A stretch of 64,000 nucleotides of DNA, taken from assembly GCA_051362555.1 (NCBI GenBank), contig CM120640.1:22196001-22260000 (forward strand), given 5' to 3'. The notes below the pieces were generated by a model. The model had not been told where the DNA came from and ran no database searches. It saw only the letters and a program-made list of their open reading frames with translations. Shown one piece after another: positions 1-16,900 of this stretch; position 1 is the stretch's first letter; every line of letters begins with the position of its first letter. The stretch comes from Lingula anatina (lineage: Eukaryota > Animalia > Brachiopoda). The translations under genes were made by a program, and so were the position numbers.

Positions 1-316
1 ATCCCAACCCAACTTTTAACACAGATGTAATTGATTTTGAAAGAAAGAATACGTCATATTTGGAAAGTTAGTCTTTCAAATCACTTACCAGAGCAGAAAT
101 GACTAGTGTTGGCTAGTCAGCAAGTGCTTTATGTACAAAATCAAACAGATCTTAGGAATGAGAAAGGATGCAAGACAACTCACCCCTCTCCTCCCTCTAA
201 ATAAAAATGCAGTGCAGGACCATCTCAACACAAAAAATTGTCTACAAAAACCAGATTATATTACTAGAATTTTATTTTTCTTCTTTTTGACTTGATTGTC
301 CTTTAATTCATTTCAG

Positions 317-4822
<4,506 letters not shown>

Positions 4823-5658
4823 AGCCTGTTCAAAGCTAGATACCAGTGTGTGTGTGTTGATAACCATCGTGCTAGCTATCTGGAGTGGCTGAGGCAGCTT
4901 GAAAAGAGAGGGGCAACCTTTACCGCAATTACTACCACAAAATTCCCAGACAGAAAATGCCCAGAACATCAGTTGTTTGTTTGCAGAGTGAGGTCAATAC
5001 TGCACGCACCTTCACCAGTCAGGCTCTTATTTATGAGTCCCCTTAATGATGTTTTTAGAATTGTCAGCATGTCCATTTTCTCTCTCTCTTTTTTTTTTTT
5101 TTTTTTTTTTTAATTATTTCAAAAGATTAATCGTGCTTTGGTTTCTTACATTTTCTGCCTGTCTGATATTGATTGCAAACCATCTGGGATGTTATTCTCT
5201 TAACCTTATTTTTTTTATACTTTTTGCATTTCATGCAAATTCAAAGACCCAAAATAAAAAAAATTGATTAACAGGATTTGCATGTAAAACCATTGGTTTT
5301 GTATTCTAAAGTGGATTTCTGTTGTATATGAAGAATTTTAATTGCCATATGAAATTGAATGTCATATTTTTTCTCCTCATTTGTGATAGTGGAGTAAGCT
5401 GTGACCTGCATATTCTAATGTGTGCTATGATTATGATGATAGCTTGCTTAGGCATACTGTAAAGTCTTATATTGAGAAAGGCAGAACATTTTACCATATC
5501 AGCCTCAGCACATACAAATATAGTGTTGTTGTATAATTATATTTATATACCAAATGTGGAATTTCAATATATGGTTATGCCTTTTATGATTTACTGTTTA
5601 CTGATATTATGCAGAAAGAAACAGTGAATTGCTTAAACATAACACTTGCCAAAATAAT

Positions 5659-5664
5659 AATAAA
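5659..5664 (+). terminator. Probable WDTC1 polyadenylation signal AATAAA
   Basis: AATAAA about 840 nt after the stop, followed by GT/T-rich sequence (GTTGTTTTTTT). Confidence 0.45.
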
Positions 5665-7661
5665 AAGATTATTGGCATAAGTTGTTTTTTTCTGAATCAT
5701 TCATTTCAGAATAATTCTTATAAGAAACTGGTAAGGCTTGCTGCTTAGTGTCTTCATCAGTATTTTGTAGGATGGACAGGTTGATAATTTATTTATACAA
5801 AAATGTCCAGACACAATTTTCATTCTTTCGACAAATTGAATAATATCACCATGAATATTTTTGACACTAAAGGAGATTTATTTAGCTTGCACTTACAACA
5901 AAGAAAGAAAGTGCTGTAGCCACGGGAGGGTTTGAATGAGACCCCCCCCCCCCCCCCCCCCCTTTTTTTTTGCTGGGAAAAGGTCTGGGTAAATTTTGAT
6001 CTAGGTACACAAAGATTTCATAGTGAAAGGTTCCACTTTTTCAAGAAAAGAACCCCCTTTAAAATTGCTGCCTGTGGACCTGTAATTTATTTTCATTTTC
6101 CTAAAAACAGTATTTGAAGTTTGGTTCCTGACTATTTATATTAACTCTCAGTTTATGAGAGTATAAGACGCCTGTCTTTGAAACAAGTAACAACACCTTT
6201 GTAGTGATGTGTTGTAGCTTTATGTAAGACAAATGGTTTTCTGGGACATGAAGTTGGGCTGTTACTGCATTGCAGGGCTGGGGTTGGGGTTGGGGGGGGG
6301 GGGGGAGAATCTACCAATATTTACATGTACCGGGTTATTTGACTGGACGTTAAAGTGTCTCATAAATGGGAGAATCCTGTGACATGATTCACCTCATTCC
6401 AGATGTAACGTGTACGTAGAGTACCAGTAGCATGCAGATTTTACTTGGTATATGTTTGTACAACGCGGTTCCAACATCTGTCACCTTGTCACACGGTTTG
6501 CCAAGGGGTGTATTTATATCCTCCCACGATTCTGATAGTAAAATTATTGGCATAAAATTGTAAATTAAAAAGAAATTCATGTGATGTGAAATCGAATCAA
6601 CAACCTTTTGATTGACATTTGTAGCTTGGGTGTATTCGTACCATCGCAGCCAGGTTGACAGCTAGTTGACCGAAAATTATCTCTGTTTCAAGGAATGAGA
6701 AAGAATAAGAAAACGGGCAAAGTTTCATCAGATTGATCAGTTCCAGTGCATGCATTGCGTATGAGATCTATATTTCACAATAAAAAGGCCTATATTGTAA
6801 ACAACTCATAGAAACAACTTTTTAGAAAAAAAACTAACTTTGAATGTAGAAATGGATACATTAACCATTACCAAAGGATAACAACTGTTTATTTTGGCCA
6901 AAAAAAAAATAATTTTCTTGGGGTAAATGGCAATTTTCCCATGAAAATCTCATTGTCATATTTAGTAATGTTAAGTTTTTCTCTTCAAATGTCTTAATTC
7001 TGCGATAAAAATATCGATTATTGACATTTTTCACAATTCGTGCGGCGGCGCTCATTTGGGTGGGAAAATTACCAATTACTGCCCAAAGTTCCCAATTTTA
7101 TTTTCAGTATTAATTGTTAAATTTATTTATTTATTAGTTTTTGCGTGCTGTTTCTTTTATGTTTTAAAGTTTTTAACATCTCAGATCATTCATGATTTTG
7201 TAAAGAATCAAATTAGAATTATTATATAGCTATGAACTTAAATTGGAACAGGTCGCTAAAGATGATTCTTTGTAGATAAGAAATATGGAAAAGTTAAGGT
7301 TAAGAAAATTAAATTAAATAGATTGATGTAGTAAGGAAGATGTTTTGAATCTAGGTGTTTTCTCTTTAAACCCCCTTTTTTACGGTGCCGTTTCTCGTTC
7401 ATCGCTATTCAATATATTCTTATTAGGAATTCTATCACCGAAAAAACAAAACACGTTTTTAATTCAATTCACTTCATTTAATGAAATTAAATTGAAAATC
7501 ATGCACAGAGAAACAAAAAAACCTAATCGAGGATTAAAGATAAAGTCGATATTTGTGCCAGTCCCATGTCATACATCTATGGTCGATGGGAGAAGCTCAC
7601 AGTGTGAAGAGTCAAAAATTTCAGCGATTCGGCGAGCGCAATCAGTTAACACATTCCTTTA

Positions 7662-8466
7662 TTAATACTTTCTCTCTTCAACCAATTCTTGGATCTTCTT
7701 CATGAGGTCTTCTTTGTCTTCCGATTCTGCGCTTCGGGCCGAGCGACCACCTTCACGTTCTTCCAGAAGTGATTCCAACAGCTTTTCCAGTTCTGCTGTG
7801 TCCATGGCGCCTACGTCGCGACAGTCCCTAGTATTTGTCTTGGCGCAGCTGACTGCTCCCTGTGGACACTTCCTGCATCCATCCGCGGTCTCCTCGCAGC
7901 ATTGCTCCGGAACACACTTGCACTAGTCATAAAAGTTAAAAGATGAAAGTGAAGTGAACTATATGTTGTGCGTCTCTAAGTTTTTGCTGTCGGGATCACA
8001 TTAAAACGAAATTAGATCCAGAGCATTGTAATGTAAAATAGTAAAAATAATAATGAAAAAATTAGGATTTATCTAAATAGGGTAAACGCTCATGTGAACC
8101 TTTAGGTATGATTCTTGGATATTTTGATATATTAGGGTGTACATTTCAAATTTTAAAAGATAAGCATATCTACTGACATGTGCCACTTAAATATAACTTT
8201 TAGCGAATCATTTAATTGGTTAATATTTTGTAAACATGATTGTAGCGTTTATACAGACGAACTATCACAATTGCAGGTCCGCTAATTGGAAACCTTCAAC
8301 AGAAACGGGATCAACGAAATTATTATTATATTTAAAAATTGAAAAATAGATTATTTCAATTGAGTGCACTTACATGACAATCGTAACCTACCTCTTGCTT
8401 TGCAAGCCCTTCCAACACGCAGAACACCGCAAACACCAAGAAAGTGCTGGCAACGAATATCTTCAT
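7662..8466 (-). CDS. Secreted cysteine-rich peptide precursor, 111 aa (signal peptide + 8-Cys domain + acidic C-terminal extension), family unrecognised
   Basis: Exon 8466-8392 encodes MKIFVASTFLVFAVFCVLEGLAKQE (hydrophobic signal peptide) and ends GAG|gtaggt. Phase-0 acceptor atgactag| then exon 7922-7662 encodes CKCVPEQCCEETADGCRKCPQGAVSCAKTNTRDCRDVGAMDTAELEKLLESLLEEREGGRSARSAESEDKEDLMKKIQELVEERKY-TAA. AATAAA overlaps the stop. Both exons are GC-richer than their flanks. Confidence 0.85.
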
Positions 8467-8603
8467 GGTTAATCTGAATAGATAGAAAACAAAGGCATTC
8501 AAAACGCTATTAGAAAATGGTAACGGTCCTTCAGTTCACGGTAAATTATTTTAACAGCTCAAAATCCTGATTCACAGTATAAAAACTCATAAGTAGAATT
8601 TAC

Positions 8604-8706
8604 CTGATAGTTTTAGTCTACAAATCCGCCAACGATTATCGCCGTCTGTCAAACTTCAGGTATTTTGAAATATGACTACGTTTACCTAGCAGTGTGCAAT
8701 TATATA
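8604..8706 (-). promoter_or_regulatory. TATA box and non-coding first exon of the cysteine-rich peptide gene
   Basis: Minus strand TATATAA at 8706-8700 and a putative TSS near 8675. Donor CAG|gtaaat at 8604/8603 and acceptor ttcag| at 8474/8473, 7 nt before the ATG (AACCATG context). Confidence 0.65.
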
Positions 8707-8767
8707 CAAGGACCAGCATAATGGTAATTACACCTTTGACCTTTCATCTAACATATCGGGATTTTGA

Positions 8768-8784
8768 ATGAAAGTGAAGTGAAA
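8768..8784. promoter_or_regulatory. IRF-E/ISRE-like element (GAAAGTGAAGTGAAA) about 65 bp upstream of the TATA box
   Basis: Tandem AAGTGA/GAAA cores, as in the IRF-binding consensus. The 16-mer ATGAAAGTGAAGTGAA recurs at 7943-7958. Confidence 0.35.
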
Positions 8785-11013
8785 TGACAGTGGAATAAGA
8801 TAATGTAAACGATCTCGTGAAATGCTTGTATTTTCACGAGGAAAGCATTTATTTTAAAAAATACAGACTCTCCTACAACGCTTTCATCTTCAGTGCTAAG
8901 ATTTTTCTGGAACATCTTATCCCGACTCGCTTAATTTTACAACTTCACACTTTCTTTCCGCCTACGAATGTACGTAAATAAAATGCAATGTTAACTTTAC
9001 ATCTGCCCACTTTTCACCTTGACTTTAAGGTCAGAGGTTGCAAAAACCTTCTCCCCTCACACAGTACTGGGTTCTTCTGTTTTGAGCAAATGATCACCCT
9101 TAAAATATGATCTGATTTCATTGTGTCCAGAATGAGTAACCTACAGCCGGGGCTAGGCAATAAAAGGAGGGGGGGTGGGGATAGTCTACGCTCTACCGTG
9201 GCCACAAAGAGAATTTTGTTCATTAAATTAAAAAAATATAAATGTACAATGTATTTTATGCCTTTTCACTATCTGTGTACATATATTTTCTGGGAGAATT
9301 TTTGCACATCATCACTCAACTGACCTCTGGTGGAGACTAGGGGTCTGTAGGTAACGGGGTGGGCAGGGAATATTACTATGCTATGCATCATTCTGTTTCG
9401 AGCTGGTTATTTGTCTCAGTCGCAATATGGTTTGCCCTAATGAAAAAAAATCAGTTTAGTAAATTTTGAATTATATATAACATCCACCGGTGGATCCTAG
9501 GATCCAAGATATGCTCTGTCTTACAGTAGGTGGGTCCTAGCAAGGGTCATTTTCTCTTTTCGGTAGAGGAAGGGGTGGATGGCGCACCGTTTTCATTCTG
9601 AAAATGAAGGCTACCCCTGCACTCTGTCCTGAAATCCATGAAATCCATGACAGCTTATCCTGTTGTACCCAACACACTTATTCTAAAGAACTCTAAAAAA
9701 GCATATTGTGAGTAACGTTGACATTTACCAATGGGCGTCTTTAATGATTCTTTATTCCCCCCCCTCCTCCATTACACTGTGTCACATTCTAAGAAAATAT
9801 TTGTAGCAGTGTTAATTCTTCATACGTGTTGTTAGTTTTGCGTTGTAGCAGTCTTCCAGCATAATTCATAAACCGTTGCTGCATGCATAATTTCCTCGCG
9901 GCTTATTTGCAAGAATGGTGATACATTTCGGCATGCTTCCAAATGAATGTTTAAAAAATAATATTCTTGCTGTTTAACAACTCCCGCTGCACTTTTGGTA
10001 TTTTGTCGTCTACAAAATTTGGATTTTCAGTCACATCATAAATGGTTTAAACCGTTGTGAGCCCTGCAATGTTGGACATGTACCAGAAGGAAGGTCAGCG
10101 CTGATGGTTTAATCAAACAGTCAAAGGCTGCCATGGTCTTTATGTCAAAACAACAAGAATTGCGACAGTTGTCTGTGTCGGTTCAACTCGTTGAGCTCTA
10201 ACAAAATGCCAGAATTAGTCAGCTGCAACTGGTGAGAATTCACTGAAATATTGATTGAATTTTACAACCCTTTTCAAAGTTTTACCACTGTATTCGCAAG
10301 GCACGAAATGATTCACTATGTTACTCTCAAGGACAATATTTAATTGTCAATTTAATAACAGCTTATTTAATGAAACGAGAGAAAAAAATTGGAATGATTT
10401 TATTACACAATGCTCGCCTTTATGCACATGGTCAATCAAGTTTGATCGTTTTTAAACAAATAAGATTCAGTAAAACTGCTAAAACCGGGTTCACGACAAG
10501 GGGTCTTTAATTTGCAGAAATAAAACAAAAAATGCGTTGTGTTGTATGGACAGGATCTAAAGCAAAATTGGCCTTTGGGGTGAACTGTAAATAAAAAAAA
10601 TATATTGCCAATCGTAATGATCCTTACGAAAAGTAAATCAGTGATCCTAGGGCTACTACCAATATAAAAAATAATTTCAAATGGAAACTTCTAAAACTGT
10701 GGCCTCTAGCTCAGGACCAAAATTTGAACAAAAACACAAACGGGCAGACAAATGTAGTAGCAAAACATTTTCGTAAGTTAAAATACTACAAATACGAGTT
10801 CTTATTATTTACCTCTCCTACCCAAAATAAAGAAGACCTCAAAGGCAGTTGCCCATACGTTTCTAGTCTCCAGTTTACAAAATGAATACCACTTATGGCG
10901 CAGATTTTGTGATAAATTGAAATTTAAAAAGAAAGACACTGCGCTTTTTTGTTTACCTGATTGATCTTCAAAACTTGTCATTTGATAATCACTTTCTCAA
11001 CTGATTTTTGTAA

Positions 11014-11761
11014 TGCCCCTATTCCACACCGACAACGAATTCCACAAACCGCAAGAAACTGACAAATTTTAAAAATCGCGAGCAATCGTTGGATTTTGCA
11101 CATTTTTGGTAGAAATTTTGTCCCTGTAGGATCCAGTTAAATTTGTTAAGGTAGACTTAAGAACATTCGTGGGATTTTGCCTGAACAGCACCAATGTTGT
11201 CAAAAAATAGTTACGATTTGCAAGAGTGACTTCAGAATACTTCTCAAATATTTGGATTCTGTTAAGAGAAAGCTAAGTATCTGCCAAATGCACCTACGTA
11301 CGATTCAGGTACGATCATATAAATGTAATCTTGATTATTTTCTTGAAATTTCAAGGAATGTTTCCTCAAGATAGGCATAACCCCCCCCCTCACCCCTGCT
11401 TTACAGGTAGTCAAAATCGTGGTCAGACGAATGCTTCACAATTCCCATATTAAGGTATACGTAAAAATACAAAGGAATGGGTAAGAATGTACTAGGAATC
11501 AGTTACGATATCGAAAACTGTTCCACGGATTTGATAAGAATTAACCAAGATATTTTTCATTTGGGAGTTCGGGACCAACATTTTGAAAAGCTCAACATTT
11601 TTGACACGATTTTACGATCTCTCAAGAATTGCAAGAACTGACTGAGAATAAATAAGAACCAGTTAAGAACTCAAATAGTTTATCACGATTAAAATAAGAA
11701 CCCTGGGGTTTATCAATTCCTGGAAGTTCGTGGAATTCGTGGTCGGCGTGAAATAGGCACA
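11014..11761. mobile_element. Non-autonomous TIR element (PIF/Harbinger-type MITE), 748 bp
   Basis: Imperfect ~50-bp TIRs: left TGCCCCTATTCCACACCGACAACGAATTCCACAAAC..., right (reverse complement) TGTGCCTATTTCACGCCGACCACGAATTCCACGAAC.... TAA target-site duplication at 11011-11013 and 11762-11764. No transposase ORF. Confidence 0.85.
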
Positions 11762-13942
11762 TAAGGTATACCCACAGCTACCTTCCAATGTGCCAGGCCT
11801 TCCTGCCAACCTTATTACATCTCATTATTAATATTTTTCATTAGAATTCTTTCTCCATAATTATTATTTATCTTGTAGTTAGTTCTATATTTTTTCTAAA
11901 GGTGAGCATACTATAATAGTAGCATGTAATAATGATTACCACCTTAATATGTATATATCATTAATTTTTTTTGAAATAATAAAAATATTTTTTTTGTTGT
12001 ATAACCGTCTAAATCTGTAAGAGCCACTTTAATAGAATGATTTTGTCCAACAATAAGCCCTTTCTGCCTTTAAATCTCCTTACCATTCTTTGACCAATGC
12101 TCAGTTAAAAACAAAACACAGCAATCATTATAGTTTAATCTTTAATTTACATTTATTTTCCCTTTAACAAAGCTGAAAAGACACAGTTAACATGAGATAT
12201 TAAAAAGTAAATTAATCATCTCGTTACCAAAATTTATTCTCTTAAAATTGGGAGACGTAAAGAAGTACCCCACCCTTGACTAAACAATTTTTTCAACAGA
12301 TCAAAGATGTGCTATTTTCTTGGACGGAGCTGGTAAATTGCTCAAAGTGATATCATGTTTACCTATACACATTTTAATGCTGTGGAAATTTTCTTAGTTC
12401 GAGCATCTAAGAAAAGTAGCTACCATTACATATGGTGAGCAACAGTAGTCAGATGCTGACCTGATATGGGGAGGATCCTGGGAAACTTGTTTTCATGAGG
12501 AAAAATACAAAATATAACAGATAACAGGGCTACAAAACACATAAACAGAACTGCAGTCTAACATCTGCAAGCACCAAGAGTAAACTATTGCTAATTGTTT
12601 CTAATATATATAGCGATGGCACCAGTTAAAGATAAATTTCAATAAAAAAATGTATTCCTTGCTGTAACACTAGCAAATCCTTAAGCATTAAAGACTGTTA
12701 TCCAATCACCCTTGATGCCTAATTGATATTTTGCAAAGATCTCAGATCTTTTCAGTGGCCAGTACAATAATCTGAAGAATAAAACTATTAGCTTTATGCT
12801 ATTAAATTGGCCTTTTAATGATTAAAATTTAAATTTTATGTCTGAAAAATTCCTAATTGGACACTTGGTATGTACATAAAAACAATATAACACAATATTT
12901 TACAATTTAAATATGGATTGCAATCTGATAACACTGTAACAGTATTTCCCATGAAAACATAATTATCAAGGGGACAATCACAAAGACTAAAACGGGATAA
13001 ACTAGATATTCAGTTCATATCATAACCACCATAAAAGACAAATACAAACAAGCTAGATGTGTTCCTATGACACATCTTTGACTAATGTGCTGGAAGAAAG
13101 ATATAAATATATTCATAACTTGACTAGATTTTGTCACACATAGTAACTACATGCAGAGACCAAGTTGAGACGTTGTTTGGTACCTGCCATTTCTTTGACC
13201 AAATACATTGGGAACATTGCACGGAAAAATTGTGACATTTTTTTTCATTTAAAATATCATCATAGAGCCTTTGATTGTTAAAAACTTGATTTACGTGGAG
13301 AGGTTCATTAATTATTCCCTTTCTGGAGGGAATTAAATAATAACCTAACAATGAGAGTCTTTATAAATACTAAATGTTGCCTGGTAATCTTGTCTTCATC
13401 ACATGAATACAAAAAGTATCTTAAACTGAATGTCACATTCTTTTAATAGATCAGCTGAGAGCTAATACACAGCTAGTTGGCAAAAAGCAGTCTTGAAAAA
13501 TATTTGCTAAAACTAATAATCAAATTTTCACAGGGTCCAGCCCTTGAAAAGTACACTAAAATTAGAATAACTTGCAGCAGTTCACTTATACATTTGAACA
13601 TGTATACTCCTGTTATTAAAAAACAATGTGTTCTGTTAAATAATGCTTCTAAAATACCCAAAGAAATGGGTAAATGCCAAAGTATTTGATTTTACTCGCA
13701 ATTTCCAAGTTTCTCCCACATAAATTATTTTGCTTTTCACAAATATTCCACTCACATTAAGCATAAGCAGGAAAAGAAAAACACCTATTTAAACTTTAAC
13801 TTCACAAAAACAACACATCTTAATGGCACAGATGCTAATTTTGATTATGAACAGCAGTCGTGATGACTATGCAACTGCTTCTATTATTCTATTCTCCTGT
13901 ACATAACTTAGAGATATTCTTCTCATCACAGATTATTGTCTG

Positions 13943-16900
13943 CTACCTCCTGTTGCCTGCTCGCTTGCTGGGATTGCCCTTTGTTTGCATGAGATTACGC
14001 AGTTTACGTAAATTAGTTCGAGTCAGTTCATCGTCTGGCTTGAGCTCTAGAGCCTGCAGATAACTGTTCTCTGCATCTCCTAGTTTGCCGTTGAAATGCA
14101 ACATGGCACCAAGATTCATGTGCGCAGATGCACTCTGAAATGAAAATAAAAACAAGATATATGTAACATTTCAGATATATCAAGAAAACACACCAAGACT
14201 AACAAATGTCAATATTAACAAGGACTTGACAATTTTTGAAAGAGTTCTTTTCAATTAAGCAATTAATTGTTTTTAAAACTAAATGAAGCATATAGCATAC
14301 CTTAGGTCGGAGGTGAGCAGCTTTTCTATAATATTGCTCTGCCTCTGTGTTTCTTTGTGCTTGTCTAAAATAGAAAATAAAGCATTACTTGTCGACTCAT
14401 AAACAATTCTACCACATCATATTAGCTACATATACAAATTATAAATGTAATCTTGCAAGGATGTATAGAAGATGTTGGTCCATAAGGCACTTACCCGCCC
14501 CTTTCCCTTCACCCCCTCTTAATCTTTTTTTATTTATGCTCACAGAATCAGGGAAATCCTGAATTTTCTAGTAGTAAAGTGAACACTACTAACCTGAGTG
14601 CATTGGCTGCATTGAATACCAATTCAAAATCGTCTGGGGTCAATTCTGTTGCTTTCTTGTACATATCTGCAGCCTCACCATGGCGGCCAATGTCAGAAAG
14701 AAACTGACCTAAAAAAACAGCACAGACTTAAAATTTAACACAGTTTTGATACTAGTTTAAAAGTAATCTGCAAGAAACACTTTCAGCTCTAGGAGTCTTC
14801 CATGGATGAAAAAATTTACAAACAAGGAACTTTCAAGGCATCTTCAACAGTTTTTTAGTGCTTTCTGACCTTTACTCTTTAGAGTTCCAAATATTAAACA
14901 CCCATACATATATGTTTGAATACAGTATTTTTTCCACTTGGATCAAGATGAATGCACAGTAACATGCAATCACTACATTCTCCCTGGGATGGAAAATGCA
15001 ATTATTGTGCAAAAATATTAATCCATTATTTCAAGAGGATGTAACATGCACTTGGAATAAAAGCACAAGTGTTCCACAAAAGGGACAGGATGATTTAATA
15101 AAAACAGGTCTCCCGCGATTCTTCTATTTGTAGATGTTTTTAAAAACTGTAGGATTTCCTCAACATTGTAGAGATATGTTTTATAGTACTGACAAAAGTT
15201 TAAGAGGGGAATATTTACGAACATATGACACAAGACTAGCATGTAAGATCATTTCTCTTATCAGATCAAAGAAAATTAACTTGACTCACTGTAATGCTGA
15301 TAAATTGATACGTCTTTGTGATCCAAAGCAAATGCTTTCTGAAACCATTTCTCTGCCTCTGATACTTGGTTCTGCAATTATTTAAAACAGTGTTCAATCT
15401 ATTATCAAAAATTAAGTTACATACAAGATGTAGCATACACATTGCACACACACATATTCATCCAATTAAATACCAGTGAAAATAAATACTCTGAAACAAT
15501 ATACTGATCTTAACGACTTACAGGTTTAAACATCACAAAAACAGTTATATTTGTTCAGTCGAGTTATTGAGAACATAACAGCTTCAAAGATCAAACCAAG
15601 GAGTTACCCTCTTATGCCACAGTCTGGCCATGGTCAGGTGAGCAGGAATATGGTCAGGTTTGGATGCGAGTGCCTCCTGATACCAGTGTTCAGCCTGGGA
15701 GAAACTGCCCTGTTTCAGATAAGCCTCGCCTACAACAGAAAATAAAAACATGATAAATTAAAGAACGTGTTAAAAACACACACAGATGTGCTATGTGTGT
15801 GCCAGACCTCGTTATAAAGAAAAACATGTAACTCTGATTAGGTCAGAACTTGACTGCACCAGAAACAGACTGGTAACAATGAATGCAACTTATTACCACT
15901 AACCATACATGCTTCCCAATAGTGGATAGCTGAGGAGATAAAAGACACATTTTGCTTCCTCATATTCTCTTTTAAAGTTTTCTTCCCTCTTCCACCAATA
16001 TATAGATACTTCATTACGAATTTAGTGAATCTATCATATATCAAATTATCTAATGAAATATCTGAATAATGGTATAAATAAAAGTGACCAAGTGAGATTA
16101 TAAAATATAGTGACAAAGATTCATTTGCTAAATCATTTCACATTCACAGCAAATCCACTATCTCACCTAACATGTTGAAGAGACTCTGTGGTGCATAGTG
16201 ACTAGGTCTCCTCCTAATGGCCTCCAGGTACACATCAATGGCCTCCTGGTACTTCTCCTGCTCTGCATACAGTCTGCCCAGGTTGTATAATGCTGAAATT
16301 TTTGTGCCTTCGTGGAGCTTGGGGTCTTTCAGGCCTGTGATGTCAAGCTCGGCACAGTGCCTGTAAACCTGAACATGACAAGACAATTTTGTTACCTCAG
16401 GTAAACTTTCATACAACATCTGCAAACCCTGAAGTGAGTTAACAGATATTTTTAATGAATACATAAGTGCTGTGTTTGAAACCAGTATTTTTGACACATC
16501 TTATTATCATGTATACAAACTTTACAGATGTTTATTCTCTTATAACCACTGATGCCCCAACCACATAAATATTAATGTCAGACTACAATGTAGCTTCTGA
16601 GCAATCTGTTGAATTCAAATCTTCCTGTTGTAGACACGATTTTGGATTGTAAGAAAAAAGTAAGAAGGAATGCCTTTGGAGCCTTATAACCATAGGGGCA
16701 CTTCATTTGATCAGAAAACCACCAAGAAAAAAAAAACAGATTTCCATTTAAATCAAAGAAGAAAAAAAATCATATCTGATAAAAGTAGATCACATAAGTT
16801 TGCATGATGTTGGACCATAAACTCCTTACTGTTCCTCACAAAGAACTTCGGTATATTATCAATGTTCATGTGCTGTGCAAGTTTTCACTGACACTCCCGT

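Noticed and set aside
5910-6310. Poly-C and poly-G tracts with possible decayed CAGG-ended TIR element or G-quadruplex
   Set aside because: Ends and target-site duplication are not definable, and such homopolymers are common in this type of genome.
7702-7926. Plus-strand 74-aa Ser-rich ORF in the track
   Set aside because: It is the antisense shadow of the minus-strand peptide exon, which has the splice sites, signal-peptide exon and TATA box.
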